From Mobula hypostoma (lineage: Eukaryota), in the NCBI RefSeq assembly GCF_963921235.1, contig NC_086109.1:7566001-7630000 (forward strand): a DNA stretch of 64,000 nt, written 5' to 3'. A program made the translations under genes and the position numbers. Shown here piece by piece: positions 26,615-39,170 of this stretch. Below the pieces are notes generated by a model that ran no database searches, had not been told where the DNA came from, and saw only the letters and a list, made by a program, of their open reading frames with translations. Within the stretch, counting starts at the first letter, position 1, and each line of letters starts with the position of its first letter.

Positions 26615-29320
26615 TGGGCAAATCAGAGGGACAAGAGGGGGAGGTGTTGCATTGCCTGTCAGAGAAAATATTACAGCGGTGCTCTGGCAGGATAGATTAG
26701 AGGGCTCGTCTAGGGAGGCTATTTGGCTGGAATTGAGGAATGGGAAAGGTGTAGTAACGCTTATAAGGGTATATTATAGACCACCTAATAGGGAGCGAGA
26801 ATTGGAGGAGCAAATTTGTAAGGCGATAGCAGATATTTGTAGTAAGCACAAGGTTGTCATTGTGGGAGATTTTAATTTTCCACACATAGACTGGGAAGCC
26901 CATACTGTAAAAGGGCTGGATGGTTTGGCGTTTGTAAAATGTGTGCAGGATAGTTTTTTGCAACAAGACATAGAGGTACCAACTAGAGAAGGGGCAGTGT
27001 TGGATCTCCTGTTAGGGAATGAGATAGGTCAGGTGACGGAGGTATGTGTTGGAGAGCACTTCGGGTCCAGTGATCACAATGCCATTAGTTTCAATATAAT
27101 TATGGAGGAGGATAGGTCTGGACCCAGGGTTGAGAGTTTTGATTGGAGAAAGGCTAACTTTAAAGAGATGTGAAAGGATTTAGAAGGAGTGGATTGGGAC
27201 AAATTGTTTTATGGGAAGGATGTAATAGAGAAATGGAGGTCACTTAAAGGTGAAATTTTGAGGGTACAGAATCTTTATGTTCCTGTTAGGTTGAAAACAA
27301 AGTTTAAAAGTTTGAGAGGGCCATAGTTTTCAAGGCATATTGGAAACTTGGTTTGGAAAAAGAGAGATATCTACAATAAATATAGGCAGCATGGAGTAAA
27401 TGAGGTGCTCGAGGAATATAAAGAATGTAAAAAGAATCTTAAGAAAGAAATTAGAAAAGCTAAAAGAAGATACGAGGTTGCTTTGGCAAGGAAGGTGAAA
27501 ATAAATCCAAAGGGTTTCTACAGTTATATTAATAGCAAAAGGATAGTGAGGGATAAAATTGGTCCTTTGGAGAATCAGAGTGGACAGCTATGTGTGGAAC
27601 CAAAACAGATGGGGGAGATTTTGAACGATTTCTTTTCTTCGATATTCACTAAGGAGAAGGATATTGAATTGCGTAAGGTAAGGGAAACAGGTAGGGAAGT
27701 TATGGAAACTATGATGATTAAAGAAGAGGAAGTATTGGTGCTTCTAAGGAATATAAAAGTGGATAAGTCTCCGGGTCCTGACAGGATATTCCCTAAGACG
27801 TTGAGGGAAGTTAGTGTAGAAATAGTAGGGGCTCCGACAGAAATATTTCAAATGTCATTGGAAAGGGGGATGGTGCAGGAGGATTGGCGTATTGCTCATG
27901 TTGTTCCATTGTTTGAAAAGGGTTCTAAGAGTAAACCTAGCAATTATCGGCCTGTAAGTTTGACATCAGTGGTAGGTAAATTAATGGAAAGTATTCTTAG
28001 AGACGGCATATAATTATTTGGATAGACAGGGTCTGATTAGGGACAGTCGACATGGATTTGTGCGTGGAACGTCATGTTTGATAAATCTTATTGAATTTTT
28101 TGAAGAGGTTACTAGGAAAGTTGACGAGGGTAAAGTGGTGGATGTTGTCTACATGGACTTCAGTAAGGCCTTTGACAAGGTTCCACATGAAATGCTAGTT
28201 AGGAAGGTTCAATCGTTAGGTACTATTATTGAAGTAGTAAAATGGATTCAATAGTGGCTGGATGGGAAGCGCCAGAGAATAGTGGTGGATAACTATTTGT
28301 CAGATTGGAGGCCGGTGACTAGTGGTGTGCCTCAGGGATCTGTACTGCATCCAGTGTTGTTTGTCATTTACATTAATGATCTGGATGATGGAGTGTAAAT
28401 TGGAATAGTAAGTATGCAGATGAAACTAAGATAGGTGGCGTTGTGGATAATGAAGTAGGCTTTCAAAGCTTGCAGAGAGATTTAGGCCAGTTAGAAGAGT
28501 GGGCTGAAAGATGGCAGATGGAGTTTAATGCTGATAAGGTGCTACATTTTGGTGGGACTAATCAAAATAGGACATACATGGTAAATGGTAGGGCATTGAA
28601 GAATGCAGTAGAACAGTGGGATCTCGGAATAATGGTGCATAGTTCCCTGAAGGAATCTCATGTGGATAGGGTGGTGAAGAAAGCTTTTGGTATGCTGGCC
28701 TTTATAAATCAGAGCATTGAGTATAGGAGTTGGGATGTAATGTTAAAATTGTACAAGGCATTGGTAAAGCCAAATTTGGGGTATTGTGTACAGTTCTGGT
28801 CACCGAATTATAGGAAAGATGTCAACAAAATAGAGAGAGTACAGAGAAGATTTACTAGAATGTTACCTGGGTTTCAGCACCGAAGTTACCAAGAAAGGTT
28901 GAACAAGTTGGGTCTTTATTCTTTGGAGCATAGAAGATTGAGGGGGGTCTTGACAGAGGTATTTAAAATTATGAGGGGGGATAGATAGAGCTGACATGAT
29001 AGGCTTTTTCCATTGAGAGTGGGGGAGATTCAAACAAGAGGACATGAGTTGAGAGTTAGGAGGCAAAAGTTTAGGGGTAACATGAGGGGGAACTTCTTTA
29101 CTCAGAGAGTGGTAGCTGTGTGGAACGAGCTTCCAGCAGAAGTGGTTGAGGCAGGTTCGATGTTGTCATTTAAAGTAAAATTGAACAGCTATATGGACAG
29201 GAAAGGAATGGAGGGTTATGGGCTGAGTGCAGGTTGGTGGGACTAGGATTCAGCATGGACTAGAGGGGCCGAGATGGCCTGTTTCTGTGCTGTAATTGTT
29301 ATACGGTTATATGGTTATGT
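26615..29320 (+). pseudogene. CR1 LINE ORF2 (APE + RT), 5'-truncated, with stops and frameshifts
   Basis: YYRPP, VGDFNFPHIDW, LDLLL, SDHN, KSPGPD, NYRPVSLTSVVGK, HGF, DFSKAFDKVPH, PQGS, YADE, LYSLE.RRLRG. Confidence 0.93.
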
Positions 29321-29329
29321 ATATGGACA

Positions 29330-29610
29330 CGGTGCCGTAGTGGTTAGCACAATGCTTTACAGCAACCAGCCGTAAGATTGGGGTTTGATTCTTGCCGCTG
29401 CCTGTACTGAGATTGTATGTCCTGTCCCTGACTGCGTGGGTTTCCTCTGGGTGCTCTGGTTTCCTCCCACATTCCAAAGACGTACTGGTTAGGGTTGGTG
29501 AGTTGGGGGTATGCTATGTTGACGCTGAAAACAGGTTGCTCAGTACAATCCGTACTGATTTGAGTTGATGTAAACAATGCTTTTCAATAAATGTTTCAAT
29601 GTACACAGAA
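29330..29610 (+). mobile_element. HE1/V-SINE-like element (representative; others at ~18830-19120 -, 21765-22045 +, 42000-42280 -, 54183-54485 +, 56340-56650 -, 62680-62960 -)
   Basis: tRNA-like head and conserved core GCGTGGGTTTCCTCTGGGTGCTCYGGTTTCCTCCCACA. Confidence 0.75.
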
Positions 29611-31152
29611 CATAGAACATAGAAATCTGCAGCACATTACAGGCCCTTCGGCCCAGAAAGTTGTGCCGACCATGTAACCTACTCTAGAAACTGCCTAGAA
29701 TTTCCCTAGCGCAGGGCCCTCTATTTTTCTAAGCTCCATGTACCTATCTAAGAGGCTCTTAAAAGACCCTATTGTATCCGCTTCTACCACCACCGACACC
29801 GGCAGTGCATTCCGTGTACCCACGGATTTTTACTCGTCATGTACATGAAGGATGTAAAAAATAAAGTCAATTCAATTGGAGACATTTTTTTCTCTCAGAC
29901 GGCAGTGAAACTCTGGAATTCTCCACCCCCATGGGTGGTGGAGACTGGGTCGTTAGAAGTGTTTAAGGTGGAAAGAGAAAAGTATTTGGAAGATTGAGGA
30001 ATGGGAAGTTATGGGGAACTGGCACAGAAGAGGAGCTGAGGCTGGTGTCGATCATCCAGGAGCGAATTGAATGGTGGGGCAGGTTTGAGTGGACTGGTGT
30101 GTTCTTGCTTTCTAATGTGCCTCTGTGGTGGGGTCATAATCATTCTAAAAAAGTGCTTTGCTGACAGCTGACCACAGCCTTTGGAGGTTTGCTCTATCCT
30201 CACAGCGAGCGGTACTTTCTGCTGGAGGTTTAATACACAATGTTGCCTGTTTTTCACTGTATTAATGAAGAAGGTAATGAACTGGCTTCCTCTTATCCCT
30301 CCCCGTAGAGCAATCTCCTTATCTCTCCGCATTCCTTCCACTTTATATTTGCCTGGTATTGTCAATTCAAGGCTTTCCACTCAAACAGATTCCTTTGATG
30401 CTGAGGGAGAATTTCATGCTTACAAGTAAAATTTGTTCTTCATGGTCTCTAATAGAGTTCATGAGCCAAACGTCTGATGATAGGTTCCTTTAGAGCTGCC
30501 TGTTATTTGTTCACACCTGAGTGGCGATGTTTCCACACGGTGAGTCTGTGCACAAGCTGATCTCTACTGAAATATCTAGGCATTTTCAGTTCAGCATCAG
30601 GTTTCATATCGTTGGCATAAGTCGTAAAATTTGTTGTAATGCATAACAAAAACTGTGAATTACAGAAAGAACTATATACGTAAAAGTTAAATTAAGTAAG
30701 TGGTGCGAAAAGAGAAATGAAAGTAGTGAGGTGGTGTTCACGGGTTCAATGTCCATTCAGAAAGCAGAGGGGACAAAGTTGTTCCTGAATTGTTGAGTGT
30801 GTACAGTCAGGCTGCTGGTGGTAGCAAAGAGAAGAGGGCAGGTCCTAGGTGATGGGGGTCCTTAATGATGAATGCTACCCTTTTGGTGGCATCATTCCCT
30901 GAAGATGCCCTGGATGCTGAGGCTAGTGTCCATAATGGAGCTGAATGAGTTTTTAACAACTTTACAAAGGCATTGGAAATCTTCCCTCATCCTCATCAAA
31001 GATCCACACTATTTGGGCCATGCCACCTTCTTGCAGCTACCATCAGGCAGAAGCATGAAGTCCCACACCACCAGGTTCAGAAACAGCTACTCCCCTTCAA
31101 CCTTTCAATTCTTGAACCAACCTGCATGAATTCCTCAGTTTGGCAACACTAT

Positions 31153-31820
31153 GGGAGAGGGGAAGATGGCGGCGCTACGCAGCTCGCAGCGGCCACTCCG
31201 GTGGTGATGTCTGTTATTTGTCAAGTAGGGTGCCGTGCACAATCCTGATTTGATGGAGACGGACATGTGAGCACAGAGGAACACTTGGAGAAACTTCTGA
31301 AATGCCTGCTTCGCTGCTGCTGCTACTGTGTGATCCAGAATCTCCGGAGGGGAAGGCCCCGAGTCCTCGGCTTTGCTTGTTGCTCGGCGGCCGGGGCGGG
31401 GTCGAAGCGCTGGTCAGAGGATGGTGCTCTGAGAGGCTGTGTCAGAGGGGCTGGTTGGAGGCTCGAAGTTTTCGGACGGACTCAGAGTCCACTGCAGTCG
31501 GGTGCTTCCAATGGTGCTGCATCGGCAAGTCTGCGGCGCTTGGAGGTTCATGGCAGGGAGAGTTTCTCCCTTCTACCGTCTGCGTGAGATGATGGGGCTA
31601 TCGGGACTTTGAGACTTTTTTTTACCGTGCCCATGGTCTGCTCTTTATCAAATTATGGTATTGCTTTGCACTGTTGTAACTATATGTTATAATTATGCGG
31701 TTTTGTCAGTTTTAGTCTTGGCTTGTCCTGTGTTTTCTTACGATATCATTCTGGAGGAACTTTGTATCATTTTTAATGCATGCATTTCTAAATGACAATA
31801 AACAAAAACTGAACTGAACT
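31153..31820 (+). mobile_element. Non-autonomous GC-rich retroelement (family A), copy 2
   Basis: Starts GGGAGAGGGGAAGATGGCGGCG and ends AATAAA..(ACTGA)n. ACTAT is present at both flanks. Confidence 0.8.
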
Positions 31821-32023
31821 ATAACCACTTTGAGCACTTTGCACTAAAATGGACTTTCTTTTGTTCTAATCATACTTAATCTTGTAAAAATTATGTTTAC
31901 ATTTAAGAAAACACACACAAAATGCTGGACAACAGGAATTCTGCAGATGCTGGAAATTCAAGCAACACACATCAAAGTTGCTGGTGAACGCAGCAGGCCA
32001 AGCAGCATCCGTAGGAAGAGGTG

Positions 32024-32061
32024 CAGTCAACGTTTCAGGCCGAGACCCTTCGTCAGGACTA
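32024..32061 (-). ncRNA. Minimal hammerhead motif (left fold-back arm)
   Basis: Exact reverse complement of 32503-32540. Confidence 0.68.
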
Positions 32062-32502
32062 ACTGAAGGAAGAGTGAGTAAGGGATTTGAAAGTTGGAGG
32101 GGGAGGGGGAGATCCAAAATGATAGAAGAAGACAGGAGGGGGAGGGATGGAGCCAAGAGCTGGACAGATGATTGGCAAAAGGGGATATAAGAGGATCATG
32201 GGACAGAAGGTCCGGGAAGAAAGACAAGGGGGGGGGGCCCAGAGGATGGGCAAGAGGTATATTCAGAGGGACAGAGGGAGAAAAAGGAGAGTGAGAAAAA
32301 GAATGTGTACCTCGTACCCCATCTGTTACTCATTTTTATGCACACATTCTTTCTCTCACTCTCCTTTTTCTCCCTCTGTCCCTCTGAATATATCACCTGT
32401 CCAGCTCTTGGCTCTATCCCTCCCCCTCCTGTCTTCTCCTATCATTTTGCATCTCCCCCTCCCCCTGCAGCTTTCAAATCCCTTACTCACTCTTCCTTCA
32501 GT

Positions 32503-32540
32503 TAGTCCTGACGAAGGGTCTCGGCCTGAAACGTTGACTG
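32503..32540 (+). ncRNA. Minimal hammerhead motif (right fold-back arm)
   Basis: TAGTC-CTGACGA-AGGGTCTCGGCCT-GAAA-CG-TT-GACTG. Confidence 0.68.
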
Positions 32541-32644
32541 CACCTCTTCCTACGGATGCTGCCTGGCCTGCTGCGTTCACCAGCAACTTTGACAAAAAGC
32601 TGGAAGAACCCAGCAGGTCAGGTAGCATTTATGGAAAAGAATGA

Positions 32645-32680
32645 AGTCGACGTTTCAGGCCAAGACCCTTCATCAGGACT
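32645..32680 (-). ncRNA. Minimal hammerhead motif
   Basis: AGTC-CTGATGA-AGGGTCTTGGCCT-GAAA-CG-TC-GACT. Confidence 0.7.
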
Positions 32681-33960
32681 GGAAAGGAAGGGGAACGTCA
32701 CCAAAACACAAAGGTAGGGGGTGGAAAGAGGATAGCTAGAAAGTGATAGGTGAAGCCAGGTGTGTCAGAAAGCTAAAGGGCTGGAGAAGAAAGAATCTGA
32801 TCAGAGAGGAGTATGGACCATAGGAGAAAGGGAAGGAGGAGGGGACCCAGGGAGAGGTGATAAGCAGGTGAGAAGAGGTAGGAGGCCGGAGTGGGGAATA
32901 GAAAAAGAGGGGAGGGAGAGGGAATTTTCTTTTATTGGAAGGAGATATTGATGTTCATGCCATCAAATTGGAGGCTACCCTGATGGAATGAGGTATTGCC
33001 CCTCCACCCTGATAGGGGTTCATCATGGCAGAAGACGAGGCCATGGGCCATCATATCGAAACAGGAAGAGGAACAGGAATTAAAATGGTTGGCCACTGGG
33101 AGATTCCACTTTTGGCAAATGGAGCAGAGGTGCTCTTCTTATGAATGATATCTGTCAGTGATGCTGCAGCAAGTATGTTTTAGTGCACCTCTTAAGGCCT
33201 TACATGTAAATTTGACAAATAACTCAACTATAACTCAACTTTCACTTTTGACCCTGAAAAGCTTGAGAACACGTAACACCAGGCTCAAGGAAAGCTTATA
33301 TCCCTCTGTTATCAGACCCTTGAGCAAACCTCTCATATGCCAAAAGATGAACTATGATCTCCCAATCTACCTTGTCATGGCCTGCACTGTACCGCTGTCA
33401 CAAAACAACAAATTTCACAACTTATATAAAAGACAATAACCCCATTTCTGATTTGATTCTGTTGTAACTAGTTAGGATACTCTCTACCGTGTCTGGTCTG
33501 GAAACACCAACGCCCAGGAATAGAAATGTCAACAGAAAGTGGTGGACAGTCCATCACAGGCAAGGCCCTCCCCACCACTGAGTACATTTACATGGAATGC
33601 TGTCACAAGAAAATCAGCATCCATCATCAAGGACTCCCACCATCCAGGCCATCTCACTATTATTATCTGGCAGGAGGAACAGGAGCCTTAGGTCCCACCA
33701 CAGCATCAGGTTCAGGAACAGTTATTACCCTACAACCATCAGATTCCTACACCAATGTGGATAACTTCACCCACCACAACCCTGAACAGACCCACTTTCA
33801 TGACTCTACAACTTGTTCTCAGTTTTACTTACTTTTTACTTGCACAGTTTGTCTCCTTTTGCATGTTGGTTGTTTATCCGTCTCTTCTTATGAGTAGTTT
33901 CTCATAAATACTATTCTATTTCTTTATTTCCCTGTGAATGCTTTGCAAGAAAATAAATCT

Positions 33961-34637
33961 CCCGGGAGCGAGGAGAAGATGGCGGCGCGACAGCAGCGCG
34001 CGTGGCCACTTCGGTGATGAATATCGGTTATTTGTCAAGTAGGGGACCGTGCACAATCCTGATTTGATGGAGACAGATGTGAGAGCACAGCAGAACACCT
34101 GGAAAACTTCTGAAATGCCCGCTTTGCTGCCGCTGCTATTGTGTGGTAACCGGAATCTCGGGAGCTGAAGGCCTTGAAACCCTCGGCTTTGTGTGTTTCA
34201 GCGGCCGGGGAGAGGTCGAAGGCGCTCGGCAGAGGATGGCACTCGGGAGGCGGTATCGGAGAGGCTGCTCGGAAGCTTGGAGTTTTCAGACGGATGGACT
34301 CAGGGTCGGCTGGGGTCGGCTGCTTCCAAGGCATCGGCAAGTTGACGGTGCCTGGAGGTTTATGGCAGGGAGTTTCTCCCTTTTGCCACCTGCTATCGGG
34401 GACTCGGGGACTTTGAGACTATTTTTACCGTGTCCATAGTTTGTTCTTCATCAAATTATGGTACTGCTTTGCACTGCTATAACTATATGTTATAATTATG
34501 TGGTTCTGTCAGTGTTAGTCTTTGGTTTGTCCTGTTTTCTGTGATATCACTCCGGAGAAACATTGTATCATTTCTTAATGCATGTATGCGTTTCTAAATG
34601 ACAATAAAAGAGGACTGAGTGTTCTCATAATCTAATC
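33961..34637 (+). mobile_element. Non-autonomous GC-rich retroelement (family A), copy 3
   Basis: Starts GGGAGCGAGGAGAAGATGGCGGCG and has tail (AATCT)n. It is inserted at AATCTC inside a Rex-type 3' UTR. Confidence 0.8.
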
Positions 34638-35188
34638 TCAAGGTTGTATGTGGTGACATGTACGTACCTTGATAACAGATTTACTTTGATGGTCAAAGTT
34701 CTGCTGGGGCAGTAGAGTGCCTGTGATGCCCACTGAACAACACTCCAGTGTGGGACTCCCTCTGTATGAAGCAGCTGAGGAGGCAATTAGAGATGAGAGC
34801 AGGAATCCATTCCAAACAATCATTCAGAGTTTAGAGCACATTGGAATTACATGATATCGCCAGGTCACAGAGTCATACAGCAGGAACCAGGCCCTTCAGC
34901 CCATCTAGTCCATGCTATCAAGTTGCCCATCTTGTCTGTTCCCATTTGCCCAAGTTTGGCCCATATCCTGCTAAATCTTTCCTACCCATGTTTGAGTGCT
35001 TTTTAAATGATATTAATGTACCCACCTCAACCTCTCAGCCTGGCAGCTCGTTTCACATACTGATCAGCTCTTGCCCTTCAGGTTCCAATTAAATCAATCC
35101 CCTCTCACCTATGTCCTCAACCCTGTGAAAAAGGCCGTGTGCTTTCATCCTACTTATGACCTTCATGATCTCCATAATATCACCCCGC

Positions 35189-36326
35189 TGTCATAAGGTG
35201 GTGGCTGGGACAGGCCCAAGTGCCAGACACAGACACTGAAGTACTAGGGACAGGACTAGGATACAGAGAGGGGGCTAGGACATGGACACGAAAACCTGGA
35301 ACCGGGAACAGGATTGGACAAGAGATCTAGAAGCCAGGGCTTGGACTCTGAGCCAGAGACTGGACAAGGACCCAGAACCTGGGTCTTTCCTCTGGCTTGG
35401 ATCCCAGAACTGGGCAAGGACGTGACTTGGCTGGCAGGCAGGACGAGGCTGGAGTCCTCAGGCTTGAGACGAGGCTGGAGACCTGAGACTTGAGGCGAGG
35501 TTGGAGACCGGAGACTTGAGGCTTGGGGTCTTGAAGCTCCTCCTGGGCAAGGCACGGTACTCCTGGACAGGGCGCGGATCTCCACCCGACGGAGGCAAGG
35601 GACGGGAAGGGACAGGACCCACTGCAGGGTAACAACAATCTGACCTGACTTACCCGATGGAGGGCAAGGGACAGGAACGTACAGGACCCACCACAGGGTA
35701 ACGGCAATCTGGTCTGGCTTACCCGATGGAGGCAAGGGACAGTAAGGGACAGGACCACCGCAGGGTAACAACAATCTGGCCTGACTTACCCGACGGAGGG
35801 CAAGGAACAGGAAGGGACAGGACCACCACAGGGTAATGGCAATCTGACCTGGCTTTCCCGATAGAGGCAAGGGACAGGAAGGGACAGGACCACCGCAGGG
35901 TAACGGCAATCTGACCTGGCTTTCCCAACAGAGGCAAGGGGCAGGAAGGGACAGGACCCACCGCAGGGTAACGGCAATCTGGCCTGGCTTACCTGACGGA
36001 GGCAAGGGACAAGAAGGGAGCTAGGTACAGGGTGGCTCCAAGACAAGACTTCAGGCGAGTCGAGGCGAGAGTTACCGGCAAGACAAGGCAAGACTTCAGG
36101 CAAGGAAACAGAAGGCAGGGGAAGGGATACAAGGAGTAAGGACAAGAACAATCCAGCACCCCGCCCTGGTCTCTGGAGGTATATATGCAGCCAGCCCCAA
36201 CGAGAATCAGCTGCCTCAATTAGTGCTCAACAGGAACAGAAACAGGGTAGACAGGAAAACCTGGAGCAAGGGTCGATGGACCAGACCGTGAACCGGAATG
36301 CGGACTTCATGGACCGGACCATGACA
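35189..36326 (-). mobile_element. Gypsy-like solo LTR with internal tandem array
   Basis: Termini TGTCAT...ATGACA with 5-bp flanks CCCGC (35184-88) and CCCTC (36327-31). It splits a CR1 3' fragment. TATA-like CATATATACC on the minus strand near 36180. Confidence 0.75.
35580..36015. repeat. ~62-bp tandem repeat, about 7 copies, inside the LTR
   Basis: Unit approximately GGAGGCAAGGGACAGGAAGGGACAGGACCACCGCAGGGTAACGGCAATCTGRCCTGRCTTACCCGA. It explains the repetitive ORFs at 35256-36219. Confidence 0.9.
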
Positions 36327-37789
36327 CCCTCATTCTCCTGAACTCCATCGAGTAAAGCCTTAGTTTGTTCAATCTTTGCCAAACATATACAAAATGCTGG
36401 AGGTACTCAGCAGGCCAGGCTGCATCTATGGAGAGGAATAAAGAGTCGATGTTTCAGGCCGAGATGCTTCATCAAGACTCAAGCCTTCGATCTTTCTTAC
36501 TAACCGTTTCCATGTTGTATGACTCTGTGACTTTCTTTAGTGTTAACCTGGTGATATCACATAGTTCCAATGTGCCTGAACTCTGAATGATTGTCTCTGC
36601 AGCTGCTTGTGATTTCACTGTGCATTACTGGAGAGGCAGAGCAGGTCAGACAGCATCTCTGAACTGTGGGGATGAACTACCATCAGCATGAAACGCTAAC
36701 ATTGTTTCCCTCTCCACAGACAGCTCCTGACCTTCTGAGTTTCTCCAACATTTTCCGTTCCTATTTCAGATATCCAGCACCTACAGATTTCTATCTCAAA
36801 ATTACCCACTGTTCTGTGACTGAAACTTTGCTGATGTCCTGGGCCTCTGGACAGCAGGATGAGATGTGAATTTATATTGGGTCAAGGGGACAGGACAACA
36901 TTGTGTGTGAAGACAAGGTAAACATGTTTTTCATAAACTATACTCAAGAAACCACTACCACAGTTATTGAGAGGCTAAGAAGACTACAACTATTTGAAGG
37001 AATAGAACTTCATCTCCTTCTCACAGCCCTGTGGTTAACAGAGCCTGGTTATTTAGAAGACTCCCTTTCAGATGAACCATACCCATTCAAGATTTATGTG
37101 AGAATTATAGAATAGGAACCTTTCACAGCATCAGAATATTTGCTTTATTTCCACAGATTTATCCAGCATCGTGAATATTTTTAGACTGAGAAAAGATTCA
37201 TGAATAAGGAGCTCAAAATGGAATTTTACTTAAACCTGGATAATAAGCCAGTGTTTGTACAAACCTCAAACGGTAAATGACTTTATATGGTTTGTAATGT
37301 TCCCAGTGGCTTAAAGCATAAAAATGGAAGTTTCTTGGTTTGGCTGCGTTCCCAGTGACCCAAACCCGGAGGCAATAACAAGAGAGCTAGCTGATTGCAA
37401 CATGTTCCACGGCAGCTAAGAGTTATGTCAGGGAATGTTCTCTACAAGGGGAAGTTAATTTAACCATGTTGGGGGTCGAGGAGGTGCGGGGGCAGGCTGG
37501 GATGTGGGGAGGTAGGATTGAGGTGTGGCGAGTGTGGGTGGAGTGTGGGACAGAGTGGGGTATGGTCGGGAAGGTTGTGTTCCTGAGTCAGAGGGAGAAT
37601 GGAGAGGTTTGTGTGTGAGATGTGTTTTTCAGTGTGGGTGTAGGTTGGCAGCATGTTGCTTTGGCTCGAAACCCTCCATGATAAAGTCAACTATTGCACC
37701 CAACCAAAAGCCAGGACTGAGAGAGGAATTAAGATCTCCCTCTTCACCTTAAACACACATAAATGGCATTACAAAGAATGGCACTTTCT

Positions 37790-38420
37790 TAGCATTTTGC
37801 ACTGGTTCAGCATATATATACTCTCCACTGCATCGGTAAGCAGTGGAGAGTGTATTCACCGGTTGCATCACAGCCTGGTATAGAAACACCAATGCCCAGG
37901 AATGGAGAAGACTACAGAAAGTCATGGAAACAGCCCAGTCCATCACAGGCAAAGCCTTCCTCACCACTGAGTACATCTGTGAGGAGCACGGTCGCAGGAA
38001 AGCAGCATCCATCATCGAGGACCCCCACCATCCGTGCCATGCTCTCCTCTCACTGCTGCCATCGGGAAGGAGGTACACGAGCCTCAGGTCCCACACCACC
38101 AGGTTCAGGAACAGTTATTACCCTTCAACCATCAGGTTCCTGAACCAGCGTGGATAACTTCAGTCACCTCAACACTGAACTGCTTCCACAACCTACAGGC
38201 TCATTTTCAAGGGCTTGACAGCTGATGTTGTCAGTGTTATTTTTTTATTTGCAGTTTTTCTTCTTTTTCACATTACTTGTTTGTCAGTTTTTATTATTTA
38301 GGTAGTTTTTCATAAATTCTACAGTATTCTTTTATTTTCCTGAAAACGCCTAGAAGAAAATTAATCCCATGGTTGTACATTGTGATATATATTTGTACTT
38401 TCATAATAAATTTACTTTGA
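37790..38420 (+). mobile_element. Rex1/Babar 3' fragment (representative; others at ~17720-18250, 33480-33960, 39200-40640, 50300-51010, 55120-56010, 62120-63245)
   Basis: ESVFTGCITAWY..RRLQKV..AQSITG..IIEDPHHPCHALLSLLPSGRRY.SLRSHTTRFRNSYYP.TIRFLN. Confidence 0.85.
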
Positions 38421-39005
38421 CTTTGACACACTGTGTAAAGCCGTGAAGCACACTCCCTTATCACTGAGCACCTCTAACCAGGACATTGAGGGCAGGACAT
38501 CTGCTGTCCTTACCCGATCTTGTTCAGACCACCATTGTGGTTGACGGGCACCTCCTCTGGAGACCCTTCGTTCGCTGAGGTCAGCCCAGCCCAGCCACCC
38601 CTTCTCAAGGGCAACTAAGGGTGGAAAATAAATACTGCCCTTGCTTGTGATGCCCAATCTTATAAATCCATAATATTTATATTAATTGGAATTTATATTA
38701 CATTGGAATGTGATTTTAATAAATCACATTCAAATATGTTCTGCATAACTTTATCATTCCCATATAACTATTGTGATGCAGTTGCAAGAAGGCATACCAA
38801 CTCCATAAGACCACAAGACAGAGGAGCATAATTAGGCCATTTGGCCCATCCTGTCTGTTCTCCCATTCTATCATAACTGACTTATTATCCCTCTCAGCCC
38901 CATTCTCCTGCCTTCTTCCCATAACATTTGACACCATTACTAACTCTAGAACCTATCATCCTTAAATAGACCCAATGACTTGGCCTCTACAGCAGCCAGT
39001 ACTGG

Positions 39006-39170
39006 CCACCTCCCCTCATTCACTTCAGTCCTGGTAAAATGTCTTTCCATCTCCCCTCATTCACTTCAGTCCTGGTAAAATGTCTTTCCATCTCCTCTCA
39101 TTCGCTTCAGTCCTGATGAAATGTCCTCCCATCACCCCTCACTCGCTTCAGCCCTGATGAAATGTCTTCC
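39006..39170 (+). repeat. 41-bp tandem repeat x4 derived from the PLE terminal repeat
   Basis: Unit CCATCTCCCCTCATTCACTTCAGTCCTG(G/A)T(A/G)AAATGTCTTT. Confidence 0.85.

Larger units (their letters stand above)
31930..32592. mobile_element. Fold-back (inverted) PLE terminal-repeat insertion
   Basis: Arms at ~31972-32308 and ~32343-32592 are reverse complements. Flanks CAAAATGCTGGA (31918-29) and CAAAAAGCTGGA (32593-604). Confidence 0.85.

Noticed and set aside
35256..36219. Long Pro/Cys-rich ORFs (up to 249 aa)
   Set aside because: They are translations of the ~62-bp tandem array in the LTR and are open in several frames.
37468..37640. G-rich tract, possible G-quadruplex
   Set aside because: Irregular G-runs with long loops; low-complexity sequence with no supporting context.
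39006..39170. CRISPR-like regular repeats
   Set aside because: Contiguous tandem units with no unique spacers, no cas genes, and a eukaryotic context.
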